NCBI GenBank assembly: GCA_964409875.1
Contig: CAYPEN010000004.1
Coordinates: 11,596-75,595 of the forward strand
Direction of reading: 5' to 3'
Source of the DNA: an uncultured Gammaproteobacteria bacterium
GTDB lineage: Bacteria; Patescibacteriota; Microgenomatia; Levybacterales; GWA1-39-11
Length of the DNA: 64,000 nucleotides
Part shown: positions 8,465 through 19,686 of the stretch, one piece after another
Layout: every line of letters begins with the position of its first letter
Numbering within the stretch: the first letter of the stretch is position 1
Program-made: the position numbers and the translations under genes
Notes under the pieces: generated by a model
What the model was told of the DNA's origin: nothing
The model's database searches: none
The model's input: the letters and a program-made list of their open reading frames with translations, nothing else

Positions 8465-11400
8465 ATGGCAAAACAAACAAAACTACGACAATATTGGGGC
8501 AAACAAGTTGAAAGGTTGCCCGAAATGGATCTTTTGGGGATTCAAAAAGAAAGTTATGATTGGTTCATCCGTGAGGGTATCCGTGAGGTGATTGATGAAA
8601 TTTCTCCTATCGAAGATTTTACTGGAAAAAATTGGGAATTATCGCTTGGCGAATATAGGTTGGGCGAGCCAAAAATCACCGAAGATCTCGCAATGCGAAA
8701 AGGTCTTACCTATTTTTCTCCTCTCACTGTAGAAGCAACACTCCTCAATAAAAAAACCGGAAAGAAAGTATCGCAGGAAGTATTTTTGGGTGAAGTACCA
8801 AAGATGACTGACAGGGCAACCTTCATTGTTAACGGAATTGAGCGTGTTATTGTCAATCAGATCGTACGTTCACCAGGTGTTTTCTTTACTGGCGCTGAAG
8901 ATCCCATAACTGGAAAGACTCTCTATACCGCAGAACTGAGACCTGTTCACGGATCATGGCTTGAGATTTCAACAACAAGAACAGACATGATTGTTGTTAG
9001 AATCGACAGAAGAAAGAAATTCTTGGGAACTGTTTTTCTTAAGGCCCTTGGTATTGAGGCAAATGAGGATATTTATGCAAAATTCAAAGACACTGAGGGT
9101 GCCGAGGAAGTTATCAAGAATACACTCGAGAAAGATGAAGCAAAGGGTTCGACAGACGCACTTATCGAAATCTTCAAGAAATTAAATCCGGGTGAGCCGG
9201 TTGTTATTGATACTATTCGACAGAACTTCAGAGATACATTTTTTGATAGGAGAAGATATGATCTTTCTCGGGTGGGAAGATACAAAATCAATAAAAAATT
9301 AAACGGACTTAATGAAAATGTTTCCCTCGATGTTGCGACCTTAGCGGTTGAGGATATCGTCGGAATCATTAAATATCTTATCGGGTTGTCACAAGGAAAA
9401 GGAAAGGTTGATGACATTGATCATTTGGCAAACAGGCGTGTCAGAAGCGTGGGAGAATTAGTCCAGACAACCGCATTCAGAGTCGGCGCACTTCGTTTGG
9501 AAAGAATCATTAAGGAAAAGATGTCTCTTACCTCAACAGAGGAGATATATTCTCCGTCTCACTTTATCAACGCGCATCCTATTATTGCAGCCATCAATGA
9601 ATTCTTCAGAACATCACAGCTTTCAGCAATCCTCGACCAAACTAATCCGCTCGCAGAAATTGACAATTTAAGAAGACTTACAGTTATGGGAACCGGTGGT
9701 ATTTCTCGGGAAAGAGCATCGTTCTCTATCCGCGATATTAATGCATCTCAATATTCAAAGATTTGTCCTGTCAGAAGCCCTGAAGGACCAAATATTGGTC
9801 TTGTTACTTACCTCGCACTTTATGCAAGAGTTAATGAATTCGGCTTTCTTGAGGCTCCCTATCGGAAAGTAACGCAGGAGAAGAAGGGTGGAAAGACTGT
9901 TTCAAGAGTAACTGACGAAATTGAGTATCTTGATGCTGATGTGGAGTCAGACAAATATATTACCCACGCAGATATTGCCGTTGATGATAAAGGATATATC
10001 GTAGACGAATTGGTTCCGGCGCGTTACAGAGGAGAATATCTTGAGGTAGAAAGAAGCAAAATTGAATACATTGATGTTATTCCGCGTCAAGTAGTTGGTA
10101 CAAGTGCTTCCCTTATTCCTTTTGTAGATCATGACGAAGCGAACAGAGCTCTCATGGGTACTCATATGCAGTGTCAGGCCGTACCATTGGTAAAGACCGA
10201 ATCGCCAGTAGTGGGAACAGGTATGGAAGCAACAGTTGCAGAGGCGATGGGACGGGTTGTTAAAGCACCATTTGATGGAGAGGTTACATTTGTCGATGCA
10301 AATAAGGTAGTTGTTGAAGGTAAAAATGGAAAGATGGAATATGATATTGAAAAATTCAAAAGAACCGCTCAAAACACTTACTTTTCAGAAAAACCCGTCG
10401 TTTTTGCGGGACAGAAAATCAAAAAAGGAGATGTTCTTATCGATGGACCTGCAACTGACAATGGAGAATTGGCGCTCGGAAAGAATTTGCTTATTGCCTA
10501 TGCATCATACGATGGTCTTGGATACGAGGATGCTATTGTTATTTCCGATAGGCTCGTAAAAGACGATGAGCTTACCTCTGTTCATATTGAAAAATACGAA
10601 GCGACTGTTGTTGATACAAAGCTTGGACCTGAGGAAACAACACGGGACATCCCAAATGTTGCAGAGGAAGATTTGGCGAATTTGGATGAAGAAGGTATAG
10701 TTGTTGTCGGTTCTGAAGTTAATCCGGGCGATATTCTTGTAGGAAAGATTGCGCCAAAAGGAGAAACTGAGCTGACAGCAGAAGAAAGACTTTTGAGAGC
10801 AATTTTTGGAGAAAAAGCACGGGAGGTAAGAGACACTTCACTCAGAATGCCTCACGGTGAGCATGGAATTGTAACTTCAGTTCAAGTGCTGGATAGAGAT
10901 AAAGGGGATGAGTTGGAGCCAGGAACTATTAGAAAACTTCTTATCGAGGTCGCGCAGCTTCGGCATGTTGTTGTCGGAGATAAGCTCGCAGGACGGCACG
11001 GCAATAAAGGTGTTATTTCAAAGATTGTTCCCGCTTCAGATATGCCTTATCTTGAAGACGGCACACCGGTTGATATCATCATTTCCCCAATTTCGGTACT
11101 CGGACGTATGAATTTGGGACAGCTTCTTGAAGCTCATGCCGGTTGGGCAGCAAAGCGCTTGGGAGACAAAATCGCAGTGCCCGTTTTTGAGAAAACATCT
11201 GAAGACAGATTGTTCGAACTTCTCAAAGCAGCTGGACTTCCTGCCGATGCTAAAGTAAAATTGTTCGATGCTAGAACCGGAGATGCGTACGAGAATAATG
11301 TAGTCGTTGGAATCGGGTATATCATGAAGCTTATCCACATGGTTGAGGATAAGACTCATGCACGTTCGACAGGACCATACTCTCTTGTCACTCAACAGCC

Positions 11401-11887
11401 TCTTGGTGGAAAAGCTCAAATGGGAGGACAGAGGCTTGGAGAAATGGAGGTATGGGCTCTTGAATCACACAGAGCAGCATATACATTACAGGAGATGTTG
11501 ACCATCAAGTCCGATGACGTTGCCGGAAGAGCTAAAGCATTTGAAGCTATAATTAAAGGAGTTGATATTCCAACTCCAAAGGTGCCAGAATCATTCAAGG
11601 TTCTTATCCGCGAACTTCAGTCTTTGGGTATGAATATCCAGCCGACTCAAGCAGTCATTGCCGATGAGGATGACGAAGATACCACTGATGCGGGGGAGGA
11701 AGTAAAGAAAGAGGCTGAAGAATTGAAAGAGGCACTTGATAGCGAAGATGTTGAGACAAATGAGACAGACGAGGTTTTGACACCGGAAGCAGAATTAACG
11801 GCGACAGCTGAGCTTATTTCTGATTCAGTAGAGCAAACAGAACCGACCGAAGCAGATATTGCCGCTGAAGAAGGAGGAGAAGCCTAA
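8465..11887 (+). CDS. rpoB: DNA-directed RNA polymerase subunit beta
   Basis: Full-length RpoB signatures throughout (rifampicin-region and catalytic motifs; GQRLGEMEVWALE near the C-terminus). Carries an unusual ~85 aa acidic C-terminal tail. Confidence 0.97.
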   Translation: MAKQTKLRQYWGKQVERLPEMDLLGIQKESYDWFIREGIREVIDEISPIEDFTGKNWELSLGEYRLGEPKITEDLAMRKGLTYFSPLTVEATLLNKKTGKKVSQEVFLGEVPKMTDRATFIVNGIERVIVNQIVRSPGVFFTGAEDPITGKTLYTAELRPVHGSWLEISTTRTDMIVVRIDRRKKFLGTVFLKALGIEANEDIYAKFKDTEGAEEVIKNTLEKDEAKGSTDALIEIFKKLNPGEPVVIDTIRQNFRDTFFDRRRYDLSRVGRYKINKKLNGLNENVSLDVATLAVEDIVGIIKYLIGLSQGKGKVDDIDHLANRRVRSVGELVQTTAFRVGALRLERIIKEKMSLTSTEEIYSPSHFINAHPIIAAINEFFRTSQLSAILDQTNPLAEIDNLRRLTVMGTGGISRERASFSIRDINASQYSKICPVRSPEGPNIGLVTYLALYARVNEFGFLEAPYRKVTQEKKGGKTVSRVTDEIEYLDADVESDKYITHADIAVDDKGYIVDELVPARYRGEYLEVERSKIEYIDVIPRQVVGTSASLIPFVDHDEANRALMGTHMQCQAVPLVKTESPVVGTGMEATVAEAMGRVVKAPFDGEVTFVDANKVVVEGKNGKMEYDIEKFKRTAQNTYFSEKPVVFAGQKIKKGDVLIDGPATDNGELALGKNLLIAYASYDGLGYEDAIVISDRLVKDDELTSVHIEKYEATVVDTKLGPEETTRDIPNVAEEDLANLDEEGIVVVGSEVNPGDILVGKIAPKGETELTAEERLLRAIFGEKAREVRDTSLRMPHGEHGIVTSVQVLDRDKGDELEPGTIRKLLIEVAQLRHVVVGDKLAGRHGNKGVISKIVPASDMPYLEDGTPVDIIISPISVLGRMNLGQLLEAHAGWAAKRLGDKIAVPVFEKTSEDRLFELLKAAGLPADAKVKLFDARTGDAYENNVVVGIGYIMKLIHMVEDKTHARSTGPYSLVTQQPLGGKAQMGGQRLGEMEVWALESHRAAYTLQEMLTIKSDDVAGRAKAFEAIIKGVDIPTPKVPESFKVLIRELQSLGMNIQPTQAVIADEDDEDTTDAGEEVKKEAEELKEALDSEDVETNETDEVLTPEAELTATAELISDSVEQTEPTEADIAAEEGGEA

Positions 11888-11900
11888 AGGCAAAGAACAT

Positions 11901-14900
11901 ATGGAACCACAAGATAATAATCAACAATACAGAGACGGAGCGTTTACATCAAAGACAGTTCAACGGAAGAACGATGTTATCAACATCGCTGACTTTGAAG
12001 GACTTCGAATAACCGTAGCATCACCCGATGACATTAAAAATTGGTCATACGGTGAAGTTACAAAGCCTGAAACCATCAACTACAGAACTTTCAGAGCAGA
12101 AAAAGACGGCCTTTTTGATGAGCGGATTTTTGGTCCTACGAGGGATTTTGAGTGTTACTGTGGAAAGTACAAGAGAATAAGATACAAAGGGATTGTTTGT
12201 GACCGATGTGGTGTTGAGGTTACATACTCCAGAGTCAGACGCGAGAGAATGGGGCATATTACTCTTGCCGCACCCGTAATACACGTATGGTTCTCAAAAG
12301 GTTCACCTTCAAAGCTTTCAACGCTTCTTGGTACCTCTCAAAAAGAGCTTGAGTCTATTATTTACTACGCTTCGTACCTCGTTACTACAATTGATGAGGA
12401 GAAAAGAAAAGAGGCTCAAAGCAGGCTTGAAGAAGTAAAACAAGCTCGTCTTTCCGAACTTAAGAAGACGATTGAGGATGAAAAGGCAAGACTTGCAAGT
12501 GAGGAGAAAGAAAAACTTAAGGAAACCGAATCAACACTTAAAAAAGAACGGAAGGAATTAGTTCTAGAGGAACAAAGAGTCAACTACAAACAAAAGAATG
12601 CAGCTCTTGATAAGAGACTTGAAAATGAAGGTGGAAGAATTGAAGAGATATTTGAACGTATCAACGACATTGTAAAAGGATTAAAACCTTGGGATGTCCT
12701 TTCAGAGGAAGAATATGTAAGACTTTTGGAGTATGATGTCATCATATTCTTTGAGGTAGAGACAGGAGCATCCGCTATTCTTCATGCTATTGAAGAGATG
12801 GATATTCCAAAAATCATTGGAGAGCTGCGAGAAGAGGAGCAAAAATCTTCAGGACAAAAACAATTGAAGCTTTTGAAACGCCTCCACCTTATTGAAGCTA
12901 TCAACGAAGCAGGATTTGACCTTTCATCAATGGTCTTAAGAGTTTTGCCTGTCCTTCCGCCGGACTTGCGGCCTATGGTTCAACTTAACGGAGGACGATT
13001 TGCAACTTCCGACTTGAATGACCTGTATCGCAGAGTCATCAATAGAAATAACAGGCTTAACCATCTTATTTCCCTAGGTGCTCCTGAAATCATTTTGAGA
13101 AATGAGAAGAGAATGCTTCAAGAATCTGTTGATTATCTTATCGATACTTCTATTCGTGCTTCATCGACCCAAAGACAATTTAAATCATTGTCAGACGTTT
13201 TGAGAGGAAAGCAGGGCCGGTTCAGAAAGAACCTTCTCGGAAAGCGCGTCGATTATTCCGGACGTTCGGTTATTATTGTGGGTCCAGAGTTATCCCTTAA
13301 CCAATGCGGACTTCCGAAAGAAATGGCTCTTGAACTCTTTAAGCCATTTGTTATCCGTGAAATTATTGCCCGCGGACTTACCACTCCGAATGCAAAAGCT
13401 GCAAAGCGTTATATTGAAAAAAGACCACCTGAGGTTTTTGATATTCTAGAAGAGATTACAAAGAACCATCCGGTGCTTCTCAACCGCGCTCCGACCCTTC
13501 ATAAGCTTGGTATCCAGGCATTCTATCCGGTGCTTGTTGAGGGAAGTGCTATCAAAATCCATCCTTGCGTTTGTGCAGGATACAATGCCGACTTTGACGG
13601 AGATCAGATGGCTATTCATGTACCGCTTTCATCGCGTGCGCAAGAAGAGGCAATAAAGCTTATGATGCCTGCATCCAACCTTTTGAAGCCGGCTGACGGA
13701 AATCCAATCACGCTTCCGAATAAAGAAATGGCATTGGGTATGTTCTACCTTACCTCAATTGATGAGTCGAAGAGACGGGAAAATCTTCCTATATTCTCTG
13801 ACTCAAAAGAAGCATATTTGGCGCTTTCTCTTAAGAAGATTTCACTTCGAGAACCTATCATGATACGTTTTGACGGTAAAGTGCTTGAGACTACTCTCGG
13901 ACGGGTCATGTTCAACGAGGCATTGCCCCAGAAAATGAGATTTGTAAATGAAGAAATTAAAGCTTCAACTATCCGTGAGATCATAACTAAGGCTATGGTT
14001 GATATTTCCGAGGATGAAGTAGCTCATCTTATAGATAAGATTAAAGAAATTGGATTTTATGCTGCAACCCTTTCCGGAATTTCAGTATCAACATTTGATT
14101 TGAAGATGCTTGATAACAAGAAGTCCCTTATCGACGAGGCTGAAAAGCAAATTCAAAATATTGAAAATGAATACCAACAGGGTCTTATCACTCTCTCCGA
14201 GCAGAAGAGGCTCATGAATCACGTTTGGCTTGAGGTTACCGAGAAAATGGCAAACCTCACATGGGATTTATTTGCTAAAAATGACATTGTTCGGATCATC
14301 GCAGATTCAGGAGGAGCTAGGGCTGGAAAAGACCAGATTAAGCAGCTTGCTGCTATGAGAGGTCTTATTTACGACCCACTAGGACGTATTGTCGAGCTTC
14401 CTATCAAATCGAATTTCCGTGAAGGTCTTTCAATTTTTGAGTACGTCAATTCAGCCCGTGGTTCGAGAAAAGGTCTTACTGACTCTGCTCTTAAGACCGC
14501 TGATGCAGGATATTTGACGAGACGTTTGGTGGACGTTACCCACGACGTTATTATCCGTGAAGCAGACTGTGGAACTACAATGGGGTATCATGTGTCTCTT
14601 GAGAGTAAAGAAAATATCACCCCTCTTGTGAATATGCTTCTGGGCCGTGTTGCTCTGAAGGACATTTCCTCAAAGAAAACAAAGAAGGTGTATGTAAAGA
14701 AGGGCGATGACATTGACCACGAAAAACTGAATGAAATCCTTAAAGATGATGGCGTAACTTCAGCAGAAGTAAGAACCCCTATTTACTGCCGTCTCAAATA
14801 CGGTATGTGTGCTGCCTGTTACGGATGGGACCTCTCGTCATACAAGAGAGCGGATCTGGGAACACCAGTTGGAGTTATCGCTGCCCAGTCAATTGGTGAG

Positions 14901-15851
14901 CCTGGAACACAGCTTACGATGCGGGTTAAGCATTTTGGAGGAGTCGTTATGTCAGACGTGACGCAAGGGTTGCCTCGTGTTGAAGAGCTTTTTGAAGTAA
15001 GAAGACCTAAGAATTTGGCACCGGTTGCAGAAATTACCGGAAAGGCAAGTGTTGAGAAAGTAGAAGACGGATATATCGTTAAGATTAAAAATACCAAAGT
15101 AAAACCTGTTGAGGAGAGAGAATACTTTGTTCCTCTTGCATCGAGCCTTCTTATCGAAGACGGTGAGCAGGTTGTAGCAGGAACTCAGCTTTGTGAAGGA
15201 CATCTAGATCCCAAAGATGTTTTGAAAGTTGGAGGACTCGAGCGCGCTCAACAATATCTTATCAACCAAATACAGTATGTGTATGAGTCGCAAGGTATTT
15301 CAATTCACTACAAGCACTTTGAAACAATAGTCCGCAAGATGTCTGATAAGGTTATGATTGAGACAGCAGGAGACACGTCCCTTCTACCTGGTGACCTTAT
15401 TTCAAAGCTTCGTTTTGAAGAAGAAAATGCTTCAGTCATTTCTGAAGGTGGAGAGCCGGCAACCGCACGGGAGACTATGCTTGGTGTCACCAAAGCGGCA
15501 CTTGTTACCGACTCGTGGCTTTCTGCAGCATCATTCCAAGAGACTACCCAGGTTTTGACCGATGCTTCTCTTGAAGGGAGAGTCGATGACCTCATCGGAC
15601 TTAAGGAAAATGTTATTGTCGGACGTCTTATTCCTGTCCGTGAGCATTTGATGGATAATTATGTTGATCCTGAAATCCAACCCATCAATGCTCCATCAAG
15701 CATTGAGCATATCTCAAAAGAAGATTTGGAAGCAGGAGAAAAAGCATTGGCAGCGCAAGCAACTGAAGAAGTAGATGCGGAAGTAGCAGAAGAAAAAGAG
15801 CCTGAAGAAGAAACCTCTGCCCCCGATGAGGCTGGAAATGAAGCTGAATAA
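11901..15851 (+). CDS. rpoC: DNA-directed RNA polymerase subunit beta-prime
   Basis: RpoC zinc finger CYCGKYKR...CDRCG and catalytic NADFDGD. I chose the ATG at 11901 with AGGAGG upstream; the ORF track starts at an in-frame TTG at 11859, which would overlap rpoB by 29 nt. Confidence 0.93.
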   Translation: MEPQDNNQQYRDGAFTSKTVQRKNDVINIADFEGLRITVASPDDIKNWSYGEVTKPETINYRTFRAEKDGLFDERIFGPTRDFECYCGKYKRIRYKGIVCDRCGVEVTYSRVRRERMGHITLAAPVIHVWFSKGSPSKLSTLLGTSQKELESIIYYASYLVTTIDEEKRKEAQSRLEEVKQARLSELKKTIEDEKARLASEEKEKLKETESTLKKERKELVLEEQRVNYKQKNAALDKRLENEGGRIEEIFERINDIVKGLKPWDVLSEEEYVRLLEYDVIIFFEVETGASAILHAIEEMDIPKIIGELREEEQKSSGQKQLKLLKRLHLIEAINEAGFDLSSMVLRVLPVLPPDLRPMVQLNGGRFATSDLNDLYRRVINRNNRLNHLISLGAPEIILRNEKRMLQESVDYLIDTSIRASSTQRQFKSLSDVLRGKQGRFRKNLLGKRVDYSGRSVIIVGPELSLNQCGLPKEMALELFKPFVIREIIARGLTTPNAKAAKRYIEKRPPEVFDILEEITKNHPVLLNRAPTLHKLGIQAFYPVLVEGSAIKIHPCVCAGYNADFDGDQMAIHVPLSSRAQEEAIKLMMPASNLLKPADGNPITLPNKEMALGMFYLTSIDESKRRENLPIFSDSKEAYLALSLKKISLREPIMIRFDGKVLETTLGRVMFNEALPQKMRFVNEEIKASTIREIITKAMVDISEDEVAHLIDKIKEIGFYAATLSGISVSTFDLKMLDNKKSLIDEAEKQIQNIENEYQQGLITLSEQKRLMNHVWLEVTEKMANLTWDLFAKNDIVRIIADSGGARAGKDQIKQLAAMRGLIYDPLGRIVELPIKSNFREGLSIFEYVNSARGSRKGLTDSALKTADAGYLTRRLVDVTHDVIIREADCGTTMGYHVSLESKENITPLVNMLLGRVALKDISSKKTKKVYVKKGDDIDHEKLNEILKDDGVTSAEVRTPIYCRLKYGMCAACYGWDLSSYKRADLGTPVGVIAAQSIGEPGTQLTMRVKHFGGVVMSDVTQGLPRVEELFEVRRPKNLAPVAEITGKASVEKVEDGYIVKIKNTKVKPVEEREYFVPLASSLLIEDGEQVVAGTQLCEGHLDPKDVLKVGGLERAQQYLINQIQYVYESQGISIHYKHFETIVRKMSDKVMIETAGDTSLLPGDLISKLRFEEENASVISEGGEPATARETMLGVTKAALVTDSWLSAASFQETTQVLTDASLEGRVDDLIGLKENVIVGRLIPVREHLMDNYVDPEIQPINAPSSIEHISKEDLEAGEKALAAQATEEVDAEVAEEKEPEEETSAPDEAGNEAE

Positions 15852-15871
15852 AGTGTATAATCTCTAGACCT

Positions 15872-16297
15872 ATGCCAACACTCAATCAACTCGTTAAAAA
15901 AGGACGAGCAAAAAAAGGAAAAAAGATCAAAGCAACCGGTCTTCGCACTATTTTTAATGCAAAAAATAGGGCGTACACTGAGAATCCTTCCCCTCAAAAA
16001 AGAGGAGTAGTAACGTTGGTGCGTACCATGACTCCTAAGAAACCTAATTCAGCTCTTCGAAAAGTTGCAAGGGTAAAGCTTTCAAACCGGGAAGAGGTCA
16101 CTGCATATATTCAGGGTATTGGGCACAATTTAGCTGAGCATGGTATTGTTTTGGTCCGTGGAGGGAGAGTCAAGGATTTACCGGGTGTGAAATACCACTT
16201 AATAAGAGGAAAGTTTGATTTGGCAGGAGTTCAAAATAGAAAAACATCACGCAGTAAATATGGAGCAAAGAAAGGAGGCGGCGCACAAGCGCAATAG
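15872..16297 (+). CDS. rpsL: 30S ribosomal protein S12
   Basis: [12 protein letters not shown]... typical S12 sequence. Confidence 0.95.
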   Translation: MPTLNQLVKKGRAKKGKKIKATGLRTIFNAKNRAYTENPSPQKRGVVTLVRTMTPKKPNSALRKVARVKLSNREEVTAYIQGIGHNLAEHGIVLVRGGRVKDLPGVKYHLIRGKFDLAGVQNRKTSRSKYGAKKGGGAQAQ

Positions 16298-16357
16298 TTA
16301 ATAGTCAATAGATAATAATAAATTAGCTATTAGTTATCAGCTATCAGCCATTAAATT

Positions 16358-16837
16358 ATGCCAAGAGGACATAGAGTCGTTGAAAAAAGAAAATTGAATC
16401 CTGACCCAATTTATGGGAGTGTTTTGCTTTCAAAATTCATCAACAACGTAATGGAAGACGGCAAAAAGACGGTCGCACAACAAAACGTTTACAAAGCACT
16501 TGATATCCTAAAAGAAAAAGGTCTTGAGCCGTTAGCGACCTTCGAAAAGGCGTTAGACACCATTGCTCCAAAGCAGGAAGTACGCCCGAAAAGAGTCGGA
16601 GGCGCTGCTTATCAGGTTCCACAGGAAGTACGGGGAACCCGCAAAGTTTCACTTGCCATCCGTTGGCTTTTGGAAGCAACGAGAAAAAAACCAAATACAG
16701 AGTTTAAAACCTTCTCAGAAAAACTTGCTGCAGAAATCCAGGCAGCACTCAACAACGAGGGTGAGGCTATCAGAAAGCGCGACACCGTCCACAAAATGGC
16801 AGATGCTAACAAAGCATTTGCCCACTTCAGATTCTAA
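16358..16837 (+). CDS. rpsG: 30S ribosomal protein S7
   Basis: MPRGHRVVEKRKLNPDPIY... typical S7 sequence. Confidence 0.95.
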   Translation: MPRGHRVVEKRKLNPDPIYGSVLLSKFINNVMEDGKKTVAQQNVYKALDILKEKGLEPLATFEKALDTIAPKQEVRPKRVGGAAYQVPQEVRGTRKVSLAIRWLLEATRKKPNTEFKTFSEKLAAEIQAALNNEGEAIRKRDTVHKMADANKAFAHFRF

Positions 16838-16880
16838 ATTCTCCCCGGTTTTATTTTTCATATATGATCAAAACCTTTTT

Positions 16881-17300
16881 TTGGTGGGTTTTTTGGTGTA
16901 CTCTTTGTTCGGATTTATTGTGGGGTTTAGAAATACTAAAATTAAACAAAATCCCTACGGTCATTCCCAATTTTTCTATCCCATAGGTGCATTCGTGTGG
17001 GCGGATGCGGTCGTTTTTGGCTTGTTTTTTTCTGTGGTAAGTTTGATATGTTTAACTTTGCAAAATTTTGTGTTCTTTATCCTCGTCTATTCTCTTTTTT
17101 GGACAATACGAAGTATCGGTGAACAATTTTATTGGTTTTTGGAGCAGTTTGCTTCAATTCATAGAAACCCTGAGCACACATTGTGGCTCTCAAAATTTTT
17201 CCCAAAAAATTCTTCCTGGATTGCGATGCAGGTCTTTTGGCAATGCATAAGTGTGGTGTCAATTATCTCTACCGTTTTGGCTTTTTCTAAATTTATATAA
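16881..17300 (+). CDS. possible small polytopic membrane protein (non-ATG start)
   Basis: The 3' part of ORF 16563..17300 lies beyond rpsG and is hydrophobic with several predicted TM helices. No ATG is available, only TTG/GTG at 16881/16884. T-rich DNA could produce this ORF spuriously. Confidence 0.25.
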   Translation: MVGFLVYSLFGFIVGFRNTKIKQNPYGHSQFFYPIGAFVWADAVVFGLFFSVVSLICLTLQNFVFFILVYSLFWTIRSIGEQFYWFLEQFASIHRNPEHTLWLSKFFPKNSSWIAMQVFWQCISVVSIISTVLAFSKFI

Positions 17301-17714
17301 TTATTTATTTACCTTAGAAAAAATTAGTCCAGCGGCTATAGCCTCAAAAAGTCCTCCAACTGACCAGGAAATAACTAAAGGCAGTGACACCTGAAAACTG
17401 CTGTAGGTAATGAACATTCCCGCAATTGAGGAAGCAACCCAATACCAGAACCCAAATTTCAATCCTCTCATGTAGTATTCTTTATCAGTAAGAAGTTTTT
17501 TTGTCTTATCCCACATAACAGAAAGAAGAACTCCCAATACAAAAGGATATACATAGAAAAGCGACATGAGGGGGTCAGTCCACGGCCGGAATACATTCTG
17601 ATTGGTATATTCGGAAGTTATTGTGGGCATAATAAGTTGTGAAAAAAAACTTACTGCAATTGAAATGACAAAAATTCCCACACCTGCTAAAAGCCCTTGA
17701 AGAAGAAACTTCAT
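17301..17714 (-). CDS. small integral membrane protein
   Basis: ATG at 17714 is preceded by AAGGAGGTGA at the right spacing. Four predicted TM helices. Convergent with, and abutting, the previous ORF. Confidence 0.55.
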   Translation of the reverse strand: MKFLLQGLLAGVGIFVISIAVSFFSQLIMPTITSEYTNQNVFRPWTDPLMSLFYVYPFVLGVLLSVMWDKTKKLLTDKEYYMRGLKFGFWYWVASSIAGMFITYSSFQVSLPLVISWSVGGLFEAIAAGLIFSKVNK

Positions 17715-17782
17715 AGAAATCACCTCCTTTCGAGTCCATTATCGCGCAAATGAGATTATGAGGCGGTGATATGAATCACAGG

Positions 17783-18376
17783 TTAGAAGTGAAGAGAGGA
17801 AGTGAAATTGCCTATCAGCTCTTTGAGCTTTTCGAGGAAGTCTTTGAGTCCTGCACCGAGTATTTGAGCCTCAGTTGGCGTAACTGTTGGTGTAAGTGTT
17901 TCACTTGGAGTGGCTGTAGGAGTCTCAGTTGGCGTCACCGATTCTGTAGGTGTAACTGAAGGCGTTTCGGTTGGACTAATGCTTGGCGAAAGAGAGGGGC
18001 TTACGCTTGGCGTGACAGTAAGAGTTATTGTAGGCCGACCTACATGAATATCATCATCGTCGTCTATATCATTATCATCATCGTCATGATGTTTTTTTCC
18101 AATATCTGACTTGGCAACAGCACTTACTGCTTTCCCACCCTCATGTTCGTGTGCTTCATCCGAAACGGCTTCTCCATGATTTTTTAAGGTAGGAGAAGTT
18201 GATACTGGTGGAGTGGTTGAAGTGGTAGTTGTCTTGTGTTCATTTTCTTTCTCTTCATGTGTTTGTATGTTGGAGGTATCCGTGGCATGTTCGTTCACAT
18301 GCTCATTTGATGCTGCAACTTGTTGGGCTGCGAAAAGAATTATGAGAGTAAGAGTTGCGAATGTTAATTTTTTCAT
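17783..18376 (-). CDS. secreted His/Asp-rich protein with Thr/Pro/Ser-rich repeat tail
   Basis: Classic signal peptide MKKLTFATLTLIILFAAQQVAAS. HEH/HHDDDD acidic His-rich segment, then TPS-rich repeats. Start assigned to the ATG at 18376 rather than the TTG at 18400. Confidence 0.65.
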   Translation of the reverse strand: MKKLTFATLTLIILFAAQQVAASNEHVNEHATDTSNIQTHEEKENEHKTTTTSTTPPVSTSPTLKNHGEAVSDEAHEHEGGKAVSAVAKSDIGKKHHDDDDNDIDDDDDIHVGRPTITLTVTPSVSPSLSPSISPTETPSVTPTESVTPTETPTATPSETLTPTVTPTEAQILGAGLKDFLEKLKELIGNFTSSLHF

Positions 18377-18383
18377 GACATTG

Positions 18384-18438
18384 ATTAGAACGAACTGCAA
18401 TTTGGTTTGTTACATTTTCCTCTTTTGAACGTTCTAAT
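18384..18438. promoter_or_regulatory. 9-bp perfect inverted repeat (ATTAGAACG / CGTTCTAAT) in a divergent intergenic region
   Basis: Arms at 18384-18392 and 18430-18438, between the His-rich gene and the ECF sigma gene. Overlaps a TTGAAC...TGaTACAAT promoter-like sequence. Confidence 0.3.
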
Positions 18439-18465
18439 AAGTAGGTGTGATACAATAGTGCCCCC

Positions 18466-19011
18466 ATGGAAGATGAAAAATTACTCATAAAGAAGGCACA
18501 AAAAGGAGACACCGAAGCATATGGAGTTATCTATAAGAAGTACTTTCAAAAGCTCTACAGATATTGTAAGTTCAATACGAAAAGCGATGAGCACGCAAAA
18601 GACATTTGCCAGGAATCTTTTGTGAAAGCATGGAAAAAATTGAAGGATTTTAAGACCGAAGGGCAGTGGTCAATACAAGCTTTTTTGTTCACCATAGCAA
18701 GAAACCTCATTATTGATGCTACCCGCAAAAAAAAAGAATTTGCTCTTGAAGAATTTGAGAGTCTGCCGGATGAAAAGGATCTTTATGAAGAGATAGATAG
18801 GAAACAAGACATAACAAGAGTAAGAAATGTGCTTTCAAAACTTGAGGATTTTGAGCGGCAAATAATACTTTTAAGATATTTTGAGGAAATGAGTTCTCAA
18901 GAGGTCGCTCACATACTGGGAGTAAAAGATGGGGCATTAAGGGTACGCACCTTTCGCGTTATGCAGAAAATGAAAGATATATTTGAAACATTGTATGGAA
19001 CACGAAATTGA
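18466..19011 (+). CDS. ECF-type RNA polymerase sigma-70 family factor
   Basis: Region 2 (YRYCKF...DICQESFVKAWKK) and region 4 HTH (ILLRYFEEMSSQEVAHILGVKDGALRVRTFRVMQK). Confidence 0.85.
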   Translation: MEDEKLLIKKAQKGDTEAYGVIYKKYFQKLYRYCKFNTKSDEHAKDICQESFVKAWKKLKDFKTEGQWSIQAFLFTIARNLIIDATRKKKEFALEEFESLPDEKDLYEEIDRKQDITRVRNVLSKLEDFERQIILLRYFEEMSSQEVAHILGVKDGALRVRTFRVMQKMKDIFETLYGTRN

Positions 19012-19633
19012 AAAATTAAAACAAGCATATCTTGCTACAAAGCCGCCTATGGAACTCGAGTTTTATGGGTATGAGGACGTGATCGATAGACTAAAAAATA
19101 GGAGAAATCCACTTCATTTATACCGGTTTGTGGGCATGGTTATAGTAATCCTTATTGCCTTGAGTGGTTTTGCAGGTATAACATTGGCATCGAAACCAAC
19201 TTCAACCCTGTATCCTTTAAGAGTTGCAGCTCAAAATGCAATTGCAAATATAACTCACACAAGTCCAAAAAATATTGAAGAGACAATTGATAATATAATT
19301 TCCCCCAAAAAAATTACCCCACCTGTTGCTCCGGTTATTATTCAGTCTGCACCAACTCCCACTTCCACCCCAAGCCCGGCAGTGAAAAAAAGCATCCGCA
19401 CCGAAAATGAAAGAGGGATAAATGACGAGTTACATGATGAAGAAAGAAAAGAACAAAAAGTAGAAGACGCACATACTCAAGAGGTAAAAGGTGTTACTAC
19501 TACAAAAGAGCCTGAAAAAAAGGAAGAAGTTAAAACCTCACAACAAAATCAAGAACATTCTGAAGAGAAAAAACAAAATGAAAACAACAGCTCATCCCAT
19601 AAAAACAATTCTAGCAACCACGACGAAGATTAA
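18995..19633 (+). CDS. putative membrane-anchored anti-sigma factor
   Basis: Overlaps the sigma gene end (translational coupling). Short cytoplasmic N-terminus, one TM helix (FVGMVIVILIALSGFAGITLA), then a Pro/Thr/Glu/Lys-rich exterior. Confidence 0.5.
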   Translation: MEHEIEKLKQAYLATKPPMELEFYGYEDVIDRLKNRRNPLHLYRFVGMVIVILIALSGFAGITLASKPTSTLYPLRVAAQNAIANITHTSPKNIEETIDNIISPKKITPPVAPVIIQSAPTPTSTPSPAVKKSIRTENERGINDELHDEERKEQKVEDAHTQEVKGVTTTKEPEKKEEVKTSQQNQEHSEEKKQNENNSSSHKNNSSNHDED

Positions 19634-19686
19634 TTTTATCCTATAATCTTGTAAAAAATTGAACCCTGAGCTATAATTGTCCCTCT

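Noticed and set aside
8465-15851. Multiple 60-140 aa antisense ORFs inside rpoB/rpoC (e.g. 9947..10372, 11036..11419, 14952..15203)
   Set aside because: They lie inside strongly conserved genes, lack RBS, and have composition typical of antisense frames.
16298-16357. Possible small RNA or tRNA in the rpsL-rpsG spacer (AGCTAT-type short repeats)
   Set aside because: Too short. No cloverleaf or T-loop GTTCGAATC-like motif. Likely just an AT-rich spacer with RBS. No tRNA-like sequences were seen in any intergenic region by eye.
16563-16837. 5' part of ORF 16563..17300 overlapping rpsG in another frame
   Set aside because: Overlaps a highly conserved ribosomal protein gene. Only the part downstream of rpsG was kept, at low confidence.
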